This document shows, piece by piece, positions 9,242-18,174 of a stretch of DNA of 64,000 bases. The stretch is from Enterobacteria phage RB18. Every line of letters starts with the position of its first letter. Position 1 is the stretch's first letter. The position numbers and the translations under genes are program-made. Below the pieces are notes generated by a model. It did no database searches. It was not told the origin of the DNA and saw only the letters and a list, made by a program, of their open reading frames with translations. The stretch is from sequence record NC_054906.1. One strand, 5' to 3'.

Positions 9242-10561
9242 TCACACATAAAACACATCATAACGACCACGTGTTACACCAACATAAAGAAGCTGCTGAG
9301 CTAGTTCAGCATCTGCATAATGAATACAAGGCGTATAAATGAAAGCACGGTCTACAGACATACCCTGAGCTTTATGGAATGTTGATGCAGGAAGTGCTTT
9401 CACTTTACTAAACTGTGATTTAGCATCCCAAAAATCACTCCACGGAGCTTTTCCGCCTTTGTTCCAATTTTTATAAGTTTCTGCAGTTTTACCTAAAAAT
9501 AGGTTAAACTTATATAGCTCTTCATCAGATGAAATTATTTTAATCTTTTCACGATAATATTCATCATCGCCGTAAGTTTCTACTGTTAAATCCCAATGAC
9601 GAATTAAGTATTCTCCAGGAACACCACGGGCTTTAACAAACGTTGATGTATACTCTGCTTCTATAATACGAACTAATTGTCCGTTATTAAAAATAATTTC
9701 TGACACAGGCTTTCCATCAATTTTATATGTTTTAATTAATGGTTCCTGCATTACAATAATTTCACCGACAATAAAATCTTTATCAGTTTCAAAAATCTTT
9801 TTACGAATAATGCTATTTAACTTGTCAACAGATTTATTCGTAAATGCCATTACGCGATTTTCAAACAAATCATCTAATGATTTTACGATTGAAAAATAAT
9901 TTACCATAAAATCGCGTAAAGCGGTATCACCAGTAAATCCACGTACTCCATGCCCGTCAACAACTTTATCATAAATCCACTTACCATTGCGAACATCAGT
10001 AGCTACATCAATAATAGGAGCATTACTGCGTTTAACTTCAGTAAGTTCACACTGATAAAAATCTTTGTGTGTAAAGAATGGACTGATATAAGCAGTATTT
10101 TCTCCTGGATCAACAGGTCTAATTTGCTTATTATCACCTATTCCAATTATAGTACACCAAGGTGGAATAGTTGAAAGCAGAATTTTAAATAGCTTTCTAT
10201 CATACATTGACACTTCGTCGCAGATTAATACCCTGCATTTAGCTAAATCTGGTACTTCTTTTTGCTCAAAAAGAACGTTTTCTTCATACGTAACTGGATT
10301 AATTTTAAGAATACTATGAATAGTACTCGCTTCTTTCCCTGATAGTTTTGAAAGAATCTTTTTAGCTGCATGTGTAGGAGCTGCTAAAATAATGCCAGTT
10401 TCACCCGTAGATATTAAAGCTTCAATGATGAACTTAGTAAGAGTAGTCTTACCAGTACCAGCAGGTCCATTAATAGTTACATGATGTTTCTTTTCTTTAA
10501 TAGCCTTCATAACAATGTTAAAGGCATTTTTCTGGCCTTCGGTCAAATCATCAAATGTCAT
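9242..10561 (-). CDS. dda: Dda SF1 DNA helicase
   Basis: 439 aa as in T4 Dda; Walker A GPAGTGKTT. Confidence 0.9.
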   Translation of the reverse strand: MTFDDLTEGQKNAFNIVMKAIKEKKHHVTINGPAGTGKTTLTKFIIEALISTGETGIILAAPTHAAKKILSKLSGKEASTIHSILKINPVTYEENVLFEQKEVPDLAKCRVLICDEVSMYDRKLFKILLSTIPPWCTIIGIGDNKQIRPVDPGENTAYISPFFTHKDFYQCELTEVKRSNAPIIDVATDVRNGKWIYDKVVDGHGVRGFTGDTALRDFMVNYFSIVKSLDDLFENRVMAFTNKSVDKLNSIIRKKIFETDKDFIVGEIIVMQEPLIKTYKIDGKPVSEIIFNNGQLVRIIEAEYTSTFVKARGVPGEYLIRHWDLTVETYGDDEYYREKIKIISSDEELYKFNLFLGKTAETYKNWNKGGKAPWSDFWDAKSQFSKVKALPASTFHKAQGMSVDRAFIYTPCIHYADAELAQQLLYVGVTRGRYDVFYV

Positions 10562-10869
10562 CGTAAATTCCCTGCAATTGGTATACTAACAATACGCCCA
10601 GTATCTAAAATTCGCTGATATAATCTTTGTGTGTCTACGTCAGGCTTAACATGTTTAACTTCTATTTTATTAAACCAAAATTTACGTGGAGTCTCAACTA
10701 ATCTTGGAATTCCCTTACCTAAAGCTAGTTGATACTGCTCTTTAAGAGTGGTAAATACTTTATCAGCAATCTTCCATTCAAAAAATACAGCAGGACGATG
10801 TTCATCAAGCGGAACTGGCGCCGTAAATCCGTCTTTGTCTCGGTAAACTATCGCATATACATAAACCAT
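10558..10869 (-). CDS. hypothetical protein (dda.1 position)
   Basis: 103-aa ORF, ATGA overlap with dda. Confidence 0.5.
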   Translation of the reverse strand: MVYVYAIVYRDKDGFTAPVPLDEHRPAVFFEWKIADKVFTTLKEQYQLALGKGIPRLVETPRKFWFNKIEVKHVKPDVDTQRLYQRILDTGRIVSIPIAGNLR

Positions 10870-10870
10870 A

Positions 10871-11626
10871 TTATCCTCGGATAAGTTTAAAAATTGAACA
10901 ATTTAGCGGGTATCCTCTTTTCAGTTTAAGTTTATCAATAAAAGACAAGTTTTGATACCGCTCTACACCTTGAATAATTTTATCACACATATCATATTGC
11001 ATTTCTGCTTCTGACAACTTTTTCACAATTTTCCAATCCGAGCCTTTAAGAAGAACGTTCAGTTTAACAACTTCAGCGCCTTCTGCTATGCGAGAACCAT
11101 CAATACGAGCTTTAAGTGCTATAATCCTTAGCTTAATGTCAGAGGTCTGTTTTGATTTAGAAAGCTGAGAAATGTGTTCAATTCGATTTTCACGCTTTTT
11201 CTGTATAGCTTTAATTTGATTATAAGTCTTTTTGATTTTAGCCCATTTCTTTTCATCTAAATTTAGTTTATGAACTTTTTTCGCAGATGAACGACCAATT
11301 CGCAAAGCAAATAAATCCCGTTTTTCAATCAACTCTTCTAAAGTATAATCAGAACGAAATGTATTATACTTTTTCTTTACTGCAATAACATTCCCTTTAA
11401 TGTATCCAATGTTATTATCAAAACGTTCTAATGATAATTTCTCTCCTTCAATACGATTATCAAAAGGTTCTCCCGAGTAAGCACAAACTTTTTGATCTAA
11501 AATGTTCTTAATGTAATTGAAGTCTAAGTTAAAATCTTTAGAACGTCTTTTTGCAGATGCCTGAGTATGCTCTAAACGACGTTTAATTTTACGAATTTGA
11601 TTATTAGACATATTATGCAGTTTCAT
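10871..11626 (-). CDS. srd: Srd-like basic protein
   Basis: 251 aa, lysine/arginine-rich; position between dda and modA. Confidence 0.6.
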   Translation of the reverse strand: MKLHNMSNNQIRKIKRRLEHTQASAKRRSKDFNLDFNYIKNILDQKVCAYSGEPFDNRIEGEKLSLERFDNNIGYIKGNVIAVKKKYNTFRSDYTLEELIEKRDLFALRIGRSSAKKVHKLNLDEKKWAKIKKTYNQIKAIQKKRENRIEHISQLSKSKQTSDIKLRIIALKARIDGSRIAEGAEVVKLNVLLKGSDWKIVKKLSEAEMQYDMCDKIIQGVERYQNLSFIDKLKLKRGYPLNCSIFKLIRG

Positions 11627-11661
11627 ATTTTTCTCACATCTTACGGACGATTGACTACTAT

Positions 11662-11691
11662 ACTATAACATTTTTACTTTAACTTGTAAAC
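11662..11691 (-). promoter_or_regulatory. early promoter (GTTTAC-18-TATAGT)
   Basis: minus-strand consensus upstream of srd. Confidence 0.5.
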
Positions 11692-11749
11692 AACTTTATG
11701 TAAAAATGACTTTAAAAATTTCATGGTATAATGAATCTAAGTCCTTCCA

Positions 11750-12352
11750 TTATAGATTAAATCCTTCAAAATCAAGAGTATAGATAGTGTATGTTGAATA
11801 CTTTTTATACTCATATCTATCTGCAATTCTAAATACACTTCCAGCTGGTATCATTACTTCTTGTTCATCTGAAACTAATTCCATATTACGATAACGATGG
11901 CTATCCGGAAACTTAAAGTTTGGATTGTATTCTTTACAGCGTAGAGCTTTTATAGCATACTCCTGGAAATTGAATACCATAGGAGCTTTGAATTCAAAAA
12001 TAACTTGTGTGTTATACTCTAAACCGGAAGCAAAATGTAGAGCTATATTTTTATCATATGAAGCTGATACGACTTTATCAAATGTAATAATATCAATTCC
12101 TTGATTTAACACCTGCTTAGTCTCAGCTGGAACACCTCTCCAAAGAGGTTTATCGTTTGGAACCAAACGAGATTTGATTATTTCATTTAACCAAGTATGG
12201 TCATCTGGTTTGTTGGTAATACAATGAATTAAAAGTTCAATTTCAGATAAATTAAACCCTTCAGAAAGTAATTCTTCACGAATAGAAGCACGCACCGATG
12301 CATCCATTGATTTTATTTTAAAATCTTTTAGTTGCATTACTGAGTATTTCAT
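11750..12352 (-). CDS. modA: ModA ADP-ribosyltransferase
   Basis: 200 aa, same as T4 ModA; tandem with modB. Confidence 0.75.
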   Translation of the reverse strand: MKYSVMQLKDFKIKSMDASVRASIREELLSEGFNLSEIELLIHCITNKPDDHTWLNEIIKSRLVPNDKPLWRGVPAETKQVLNQGIDIITFDKVVSASYDKNIALHFASGLEYNTQVIFEFKAPMVFNFQEYAIKALRCKEYNPNFKFPDSHRYRNMELVSDEQEVMIPAGSVFRIADRYEYKKYSTYTIYTLDFEGFNL

Positions 12353-12972
12353 TCAACTACCTCAATATCATAAACTTTAAATGTTCCAAATGAATCGTGT
12401 AATTTTTCTTTTGAAATAGAAGTTATTTTATACTTTCCAATTGGAATCATCCATTCTTGTTCATGTACAATCATCATTAAGTTATCAGTACGCTCTGAAT
12501 CTAATCCATCAGTGTCTTCATACGTGTACTTAAACTCAGTATTAGGAGAAGAAAGTATAATATCGCTGATATGGTCAGAGTAATTAAAAGCTTTATCAGT
12601 TTTTAAACGAAGTATTGTTTCAGTGAAATATTCAGCATAAGAAAAAGAACACGCTGTATGCAAACTAGTAGTAAATGAATCTACCCTGTTCGTTGAAAAC
12701 ACTTCTCCAACTTGTAAATCTTTAATAAGTTCTTTTGTCGATTTTGATATACCACGATATAATTGATAAGGCGATTTAGTTAAATGCTTTTTAATGATTT
12801 TATTCAACTGTCTGTGAAGAGCTTCATTCTTTTTGGCTTCCATACATTGCCAAAGAACAGACTGCTCAAAGTCAGTAAATTTTTCACAGACTTTTTTATA
12901 CATATCATATTGAAAATCAACGCTTTCAGCTTTTATAGATAACTGTTCAACATCTGCAGGATTAATAATCAT
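12349..12972 (-). CDS. modB: ModB ADP-ribosyltransferase
   Basis: 207 aa, same as T4 ModB; 4-nt overlap with modA. Confidence 0.75.
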   Translation of the reverse strand: MIINPADVEQLSIKAESVDFQYDMYKKVCEKFTDFEQSVLWQCMEAKKNEALHRQLNKIIKKHLTKSPYQLYRGISKSTKELIKDLQVGEVFSTNRVDSFTTSLHTACSFSYAEYFTETILRLKTDKAFNYSDHISDIILSSPNTEFKYTYEDTDGLDSERTDNLMMIVHEQEWMIPIGKYKITSISKEKLHDSFGTFKVYDIEVVE

Positions 12973-12998
12973 GATAGCCTCCGTATACTTCAGAAGCT

Positions 12999-13028
12999 AT
13001 CATATCATCGTTAGAAAGGAAAGTAAAC
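12999..13028 (-). promoter_or_regulatory. early promoter (GTTTAC-18-TATGAT)
   Basis: minus-strand consensus 27 nt upstream of the modB ATG. Confidence 0.5.
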
Positions 13029-13039
13029 AACTTTTTGAA

Positions 13040-13222
13040 TTATTTTGCCCAGGGAGCCCAAGGCGGAGGGTCAAGATGGTATGAAGCTAGTTCTTCTAGA
13101 AGAGCATCTGGGGCTTCAATTCCATAATTCTGTAATACTATACGGTACTCTTTCTTATAATCACTAGAATCATTCTGGTTATTCGTAGAATGATTATCTT
13201 CTAACATCTCAAATAAATCCAT
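13040..13222 (-). CDS. hypothetical small protein
   Basis: 60-aa ORF. Confidence 0.4.
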   Translation of the reverse strand: MDLFEMLEDNHSTNNQNDSSDYKKEYRIVLQNYGIEAPDALLEELASYHLDPPPWAPWAK

Positions 13223-13230
13223 ATTAATTC

Positions 13231-13701
13231 CTAGCGATAAAAACCAAAGTGACGATTAGCTTCAATGATCTTTCTTTCTTCTTCGGACATTCTCCAGCGT
13301 AGTCCAACATCAAAATGAGCCCAGACCATCCTAACAAATGCATTTATATCTTTAATATCTTCAATAATGAATGTTTTACTTTTAGAAGGTTGACTCGCTA
13401 ATTTAACTTTATCGTCTTCAAACATGTCAAAAAGACCATATTCATGAGCTCTTTTATAGCCTTTAATAGTTAAAGCTTCAGAAGAAGAAAATGGTGAATC
13501 TGTATTCTGCAAAATATCTTCAGTATGCTTTATAATTAGAATAACATTTTCTGGATATTTTCTTTCTTTTATATCTTTAATTAAAATATCCGGATTTTCT
13601 GCTAAAGGAATAATTAACGAGCATTTTTTATCAAGTGTATTTACTGATTTACCTTCTTTAGACATAAATTCTATTGAATATAATTTTGCTACTTCAATCA
13701 T
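13231..13701 (-). CDS. hypothetical protein
   Basis: 156-aa ORF. Confidence 0.5.
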   Translation of the reverse strand: MIEVAKLYSIEFMSKEGKSVNTLDKKCSLIIPLAENPDILIKDIKERKYPENVILIIKHTEDILQNTDSPFSSSEALTIKGYKRAHEYGLFDMFEDDKVKLASQPSKSKTFIIEDIKDINAFVRMVWAHFDVGLRWRMSEEERKIIEANRHFGFYR

Positions 13702-13858
13702 GTGATTTCCTTTTGCCTACTAATGGACCGTCAGGAATTTTGTTTTCCTGAATGTATTTCTCATTTTCTTCCATCATTTTACTACCGATTTTAAGAAGCA
13801 AATCTAAGGCTTCATTTGCTTTAGCTTTAGCCTCTTCTAACGTCATGTTCTTGTTCAT
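13694..13858 (-). CDS. small hypothetical protein (54 aa), absent from the ORF track
   Basis: ATG overlaps the upstream stop (ATGA); translation [21 protein letters not shown]...; fills the gap. Confidence 0.4.
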   Translation of the reverse strand: MNKNMTLEEAKAKANEALDLLLKIGSKMMEENEKYIQENKIPDGPLVGKRKSHD

Positions 13859-14058
13859 GATTTATCCCCATAGATATCTCTCATCAATTTAAGTGCTGAG
13901 CGTTCTAATTTCTTTTCTTTCTCAGCACTAATCATTGATTTCATCCATTCTTCCGATTCGTTCTGCATTTCTTTATTTGCCTGTTCAACCCAACCATCGT
14001 CAATATACATTGAGTTTGGTCTACTGAACCATTCAAGCATCTTCTTCAGAACTTTCAT
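13855..14058 (-). CDS. hypothetical small protein
   Basis: 67-aa ORF. Confidence 0.45.
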   Translation of the reverse strand: MKVLKKMLEWFSRPNSMYIDDGWVEQANKEMQNESEEWMKSMISAEKEKKLERSALKLMRDIYGDKS

Positions 14059-14530
14059 TTGTTTTACCTAAAACAATAGTAGGAGCATCGTCAAATTCAT
14101 GAATTTTTAGCAATTTTGGATTTAAATTATTCCATACATAATAAATAAAGTATGATAAAGCATCTTCACTCGCAATTATAAATTTATTTCCTTCATTTAT
14201 TTTCCAGTCATATACTGAATCGTACGAATAAAAAGATAAAGGATTACCATTATATTGTTCTGCGCTAACATTAATGTATTCGGATTTAGTAAATGCTTCA
14301 ATTGCTCTAAACGGACTATTTGGCACAGTTTCAATAATTCCGATCTTTTTAAGTTTTATTTCAACATCTTCTGGAACTGGCATTGAAACGAAATTTTCTA
14401 CGAGATACATAGGGTTACAATAACCCTTATCAATCACTACGGCTACAGTAATTGGAACATCTTTAGCAAACGACATGCTATTACTGCTAATATACATTTC
14501 AAACAAAATCGCTTCCATAATTTTCCTCAA
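14033..14530 (-). CDS. hypothetical protein
   Basis: 165-aa ORF. Confidence 0.5.
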   Translation of the reverse strand: MRKIMEAILFEMYISSNSMSFAKDVPITVAVVIDKGYCNPMYLVENFVSMPVPEDVEIKLKKIGIIETVPNSPFRAIEAFTKSEYINVSAEQYNGNPLSFYSYDSVYDWKINEGNKFIIASEDALSYFIYYVWNNLNPKLLKIHEFDDAPTIVLGKTNESSEEDA

Positions 14531-14859
14531 TCACAAGATGTAGATGAACAACCAGAATCACAAGAACTTCCACATGAATCACCTGCCCATACATGAACAG
14601 GGACATTTGTATCATATAAATCAGAACTAGATTGTGCATTAGATGATGTAGTAGGTACTGACCAGCGCCAAGGATTTTTATAATATTCTTGGGCTTCTTC
14701 ATAAGTCATAGTAACTGCTTCTACTGTTCCATCTCCCATATAAACATATTCAACTACAGTTAAAGGAAGGTAGTCATTTGAAATAGGAACTACACCTTCT
14801 CCAGGAGTCGTAGAGAAAAAATCTGTAAAGAAACTTTTAAACCAATTAAAGATAAACAT
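14527..14859 (-). CDS. hypothetical protein with Cys/Ser-rich C-terminus
   Basis: 110 aa; C-terminal [15 protein letters not shown]. Confidence 0.5.
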   Translation of the reverse strand: MFIFNWFKSFFTDFFSTTPGEGVVPISNDYLPLTVVEYVYMGDGTVEAVTMTYEEAQEYYKNPWRWSVPTTSSNAQSSSDLYDTNVPVHVWAGDSCGSSCDSGCSSTSCD

Positions 14860-15065
14860 TACAAAAAGCCTCTCTTAAATTCGACTTGCTTCTCGCCATA
14901 ATCATATCGAATCTCTGCATTAAATTCGACAGAACCATCTGCGTACATCATAAATGAATGCACAACAACTTCTGTAGACCATGGCTGTAGTTCATATTTC
15001 TTCATTACATGCCGTGAAATGATAATATCTAAATCTTCATTTGGTTTAATCCAGCGATTTAACAT
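14859..15065 (-). CDS. hypothetical small protein
   Basis: 68-aa ORF. Confidence 0.45.
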   Translation of the reverse strand: MLNRWIKPNEDLDIIISRHVMKKYELQPWSTEVVVHSFMMYADGSVEFNAEIRYDYGEKQVEFKRGFL

Positions 15066-15091
15066 AGTGCTCTCCTCTATAAGATAATTCT

Positions 15092-15121
15092 ATTATACCA
15101 TACTCATTTTGGAAAGTAAAC
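15092..15121 (-). promoter_or_regulatory. early promoter (GTTTAC-18-TATAAT)
   Basis: minus-strand consensus just after the soc terminator. Confidence 0.5.
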
Positions 15122-15135
15122 CATTTAAATGAAAA

Positions 15136-15157
15136 AAGGACTCCCGAAGGAGTCCTT
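15136..15157 (-). terminator. intrinsic terminator, UUCG hairpin plus U-tract
   Basis: aaggactcc-cgaa-ggagtcctt; minus strand follows with TTTTTTC; directly after soc. Confidence 0.6.
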
Positions 15158-15161
15158 GAAT

Positions 15162-15407
15162 TTATTCACCAGTTACTTTCCACAAATCTTCATTTGCAGC
15201 AATCCATTCAGTACGTTGATTTTCTTCATATACTGTAGAATATGCTGCTTTTTCTGAAGGGAATGTCTGATAATGAGCACCAGAAATTTTGTGAACGTCA
15301 GAATAAAGAGGGAAAGCTACAGAAATTTCCTTTCCTTCAATTTTCTTATTTCCATCTAATTTCTGCTCAAATGTTTTGATATTAACATAACCGCGAGTAC
15401 TAGCCAT
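15162..15407 (-). CDS. soc: small outer capsid protein Soc
   Basis: 81 aa; MASTRGYVNIKTFEQKLDGNKKIEGKEISVAFPLYSDVHKISGAHYQTFPSEK matches recalled T4 Soc. Confidence 0.9.
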   Translation of the reverse strand: MASTRGYVNIKTFEQKLDGNKKIEGKEISVAFPLYSDVHKISGAHYQTFPSEKAAYSTVYEENQRTEWIAANEDLWKVTGE

Positions 15408-15423
15408 GTAATTCTCCTTTTAT

Positions 15424-15633
15424 TTAAATTACATGATTATTTATAATAAATTCTCGCGGAACGTTAAAATACCCAATTTTAGTTAATATAACAATATCGC
15501 CGTTAATAATTACCGGAGAATAATCGGCTGGAGCATTAAATTTCCAATGGGCTCTAATATTATATCCATCAGAACCAAATGCTCGAATAGCCGGTCTCCC
15601 GGCTTTTTGCCATGCATAAAAATCAAATTTCAT
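15424..15633 (-). CDS. hypothetical small protein
   Basis: 69-aa ORF. Confidence 0.45.
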   Translation of the reverse strand: MKFDFYAWQKAGRPAIRAFGSDGYNIRAHWKFNAPADYSPVIINGDIVILTKIGYFNVPREFIINNHVI

Positions 15634-15833
15634 TTTGAATGCTCTATAATTAATTTTAAGGCTTCTTCACACACCAACTTGTCTAATGGTATATGCCCAG
15701 TTTTAATTGTGTAAGCTTTGTGGAGCTGATTAGATAAGAGCTCGTATGTGAGCTCTTTGTCATAATCTTTAAATAGCTGGTCAATACGTTTCTTGCGGGC
15801 TTTCTTAAGCTGGCGTTTATTTAAACGAGCCAT
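15630..15833 (-). CDS. hypothetical small basic protein
   Basis: 67-aa ORF. Confidence 0.45.
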   Translation of the reverse strand: MARLNKRQLKKARKKRIDQLFKDYDKELTYELLSNQLHKAYTIKTGHIPLDKLVCEEALKLIIEHSK

Positions 15834-16351
15834 TAATAGCCTCTGTCTTGACGAGCGAAGTTTTCAGCATTTTTCAGATAATAAAGTTTAAATATTTCTT
15901 CAGCTGACATTCCAAGAGCAATGAATTTATTCATGAAAAAGTGAAATTGATCAATCAGTTCAAATTTAATTTCAAGTTGATCTTCAGGAGATAAATCTTG
16001 AATTTTCTTGGATTGCATTTCAGAATAACGTTTCTTCCAAGGTTTCCATACAGCAGAAGCTTCTTTTTCACCATTACTCATACCACCAAGAGAAGTATAT
16101 AGCTCGCGAGTTTCGTCTGCGATATAATCGTCTTGGTTTCGCAGCCAAGCAAGAACTTCTCCTGCAGTTTCAAGTGAATCAGGATGACGATTTGTTTCTG
16201 GTTTATCATTAGCCAAACGAATCTGTAAATGCCGCTGCATATCAAGCATAACCTGCAGTGGGTCAATATTGTGCATAATATTCTCAGCATATGCACGATT
16301 TGCTTTATCAACACCTTCGATCAAATGAGCACATTCATTAAAGTAAGCCAT
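15833..16351 (-). CDS. 56: dCTP/dUTP pyrophosphatase gp56 (MazG-like)
   Basis: 172 aa from the internal ATG at 16351 (AGGAAA RBS), beginning MAYFNECAHLIEGVDKA like T4 gp56; the track N-terminal extension is rejected. Confidence 0.8.
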   Translation of the reverse strand: MAYFNECAHLIEGVDKANRAYAENIMHNIDPLQVMLDMQRHLQIRLANDKPETNRHPDSLETAGEVLAWLRNQDDYIADETRELYTSLGGMSNGEKEASAVWKPWKKRYSEMQSKKIQDLSPEDQLEIKFELIDQFHFFMNKFIALGMSAEEIFKLYYLKNAENFARQDRGY

Positions 16352-16385
16352 TATTTTTCCTTTCAATTCATGGGTTAGTAGATTA

Positions 16386-16410
16386 ATTATACAATAAATA
16401 TATAAAGCAA
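16386..16410 (-). promoter_or_regulatory. MotA-dependent middle promoter for gene 56
   Basis: minus strand reads TTGCTTTA, 11 nt, TATAAT. Confidence 0.45.
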
Positions 16411-16422
16411 TAAGGAGGACAT

Positions 16423-16623
16423 ATGATACAAAAATTAATGGCACTTGTTAATGCCATAAAAGGTAATAAGAAACGTATAGCTTTTACTATTTCTGCTATG
16501 GTAGGAATTTTACTCTGGAACTTTATTTTATCACCTGTTGCAATTGCACATGGTATTAATATTCCAGTAGTTACTCTTGATACATTCGTAGATTTAGCAT
16601 TTGCTTTAGTTGGGTTAATTTAA
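16423..16623 (+). CDS. candidate plus-strand small hydrophobic membrane protein
   Basis: 66-aa ORF in the 268-bp gap between 61 and 56; AAGGAGG SD 3-4 nt before the ATG; two predicted hydrophobic segments. Confidence 0.3.
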   Translation: MIQKLMALVNAIKGNKKRIAFTISAMVGILLWNFILSPVAIAHGINIPVVTLDTFVDLAFALVGLI

Positions 16624-17648
16624 ATCTTAGCATATTTAGATAACCGCATTTTAGCCATCAACCCCTGGGCAATATTATTTTTCATATATTCCATAATTTG
16701 TTCAGGGGTTGCACCTTCCTTTCTAATCATATCATTAACATCTTTTGATTTCCAGGGAGATTTATCCCAAAACATAACCCTTTCTCCTGCATCAACTAAT
16801 TTAGTCATTCGCTTAATAGTGTCAGGATGACGAGGTTCATTATCTAAAACCCACACACGTCTATCTTTAAATGGAACAACTTCTAGGTCTAATTGACCAC
16901 CCGTAATAGCTATACCATTTTCAATAAAAAGTGAATCTATAGGTCCTTCTAGAACATATACATCACCATCTTTAACTCGTTCGACTCCATAGATTTTTGT
17001 TGCTTCAGGATAAGCTTTGATGGTGATATATTTTTGGGGAGCATCTTTCTTTAATGCACGTCCTTGAAAAGACTCAGCTTTTCCATTAGCATTATAAATT
17101 GGAATAACAAGACGAGGCTCAGGTATTTCCTTTTTATATGTTCCCGGTGCTATGCTATTAACTAATTTAGGCCATTCAGTTGTAAACCAAAGATATTTCC
17201 ATTTATCCTTTGGAATACAACGAGCTTTTACATATTTTATAATTGCATGGTCTTCCGCCAGTTTATCTAATCGAACACATGACGGAAGAGATTTAATTAT
17301 TTTCTTCTCAGGTTGTTTAGGAAGTTCTTTAGGTTTTTCTACTGGACGACTTTTACCTTTTTCTTTTCTTATTTCAAAGATATACTCACGATATAAATCA
17401 GGTTCAAACTCCTTTAAATATATTCCGATTGGTGCATGATAGTTACAGTTATAACAATGAATATTTCCTTCATTATTATCACCATAATACCATCCACGAG
17501 CTTTATTCTGGTCGGTTTTTGAATCTCCACAAACAGGACATCTAAACCGTAATTTAAAAGTTGAACTATTATTTACTTGTGTGAATTTAGGTAAATGAGC
17601 TAATGCACGGTATGCAAACTCATTATCAATCCAAGGTATTGATGACAT
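16620..17648 (-). CDS. 61: DNA primase gp61 (zinc ribbon + TOPRIM)
   Basis: 342 aa as in T4; CPVCGDS...CYNC zinc ribbon. Confidence 0.9.
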   Translation of the reverse strand: MSSIPWIDNEFAYRALAHLPKFTQVNNSSTFKLRFRCPVCGDSKTDQNKARGWYYGDNNEGNIHCYNCNYHAPIGIYLKEFEPDLYREYIFEIRKEKGKSRPVEKPKELPKQPEKKIIKSLPSCVRLDKLAEDHAIIKYVKARCIPKDKWKYLWFTTEWPKLVNSIAPGTYKKEIPEPRLVIPIYNANGKAESFQGRALKKDAPQKYITIKAYPEATKIYGVERVKDGDVYVLEGPIDSLFIENGIAITGGQLDLEVVPFKDRRVWVLDNEPRHPDTIKRMTKLVDAGERVMFWDKSPWKSKDVNDMIRKEGATPEQIMEYMKNNIAQGLMAKMRLSKYAKI

Positions 17649-17650
17649 TT

Positions 17651-17815
17651 TTACTCTTCTTTTTCTTTAGATTCCTCTTTTTTCTTTTTAGGAATCTGTT
17701 CAGGGCCTTTATTTACTACAGCGCCTGACGTTGTTCCAGTAGAGATATTTTCAGGATTACCACCTGAATCTCCAGCGACCATATCTTCTTTGATAAATTC
17801 TTTATATGTTTTCAT
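17651..17815 (-). CDS. small protein with capsid-targeting-sequence-like N-terminus (54 aa), absent from the ORF track
   Basis: MKTYKEFIKEDMVAGDSGG... resembles the T4 internal-protein CTS MKTYQEFIAE; fills the gap between flanking genes exactly. Confidence 0.4.
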   Translation of the reverse strand: MKTYKEFIKEDMVAGDSGGNPENISTGTTSGAVVNKGPEQIPKKKKEESKEKEE

Positions 17816-17816
17816 A

Positions 17817-18173
17817 TTAACCTCTATTCATAAAAGCATTAAAAATTTGGTCATCAATAGATGGAATAGCAACCTTTTCGGCATCATTTAGCAAATCATT
17901 AATTTCATCAGATAGCATAACACATGTGCCTTTATTTCCTGTAATTGTTACTGCGCAATTACGAACGTTTTCTTTATCAAATTTTAGGTTAATATTTTCG
18001 TAGTGAAAATCCTTTAATGCCGAATATATCTTTAAAATGAAATTGTCTTTTACTACAATAAACCCAACTTCACTATTAAAACGTGGTTCATGGAAACTGT
18101 AATAAACCTTTTCATCTATGAAATCGTATGAAATTTTTTCCATTTTTAAATATGAAAATTCAGAACTATACAT
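17817..18173 (-). CDS. hypothetical protein sharing a C-terminal tail with the next gene
   Basis: 118 aa ending SIDDQIFNAFMNRG; 3' end lies inside a 45-nt direct repeat. Confidence 0.5.
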   Translation of the reverse strand: MYSSEFSYLKMEKISYDFIDEKVYYSFHEPRFNSEVGFIVVKDNFILKIYSALKDFHYENINLKFDKENVRNCAVTITGNKGTCVMLSDEINDLLNDAEKVAIPSIDDQIFNAFMNRG

Positions 18174-18174
18174 A

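Noticed and set aside
16078-16314. Alternative-frame ORF (78 aa) inside gene 56
   Set aside because: Completely overlaps the conserved gene 56 frame on the same strand; no independent signals.
16352-16444. N-terminal extension of gene 56 in the ORF track (203 aa beginning MPLIF...)
   Set aside because: The extension is hydrophobic and has no RBS; the internal ATG at 16351 has an AGGAAA RBS and yields a protein starting like T4 gp56, and a middle promoter lies inside the extension.
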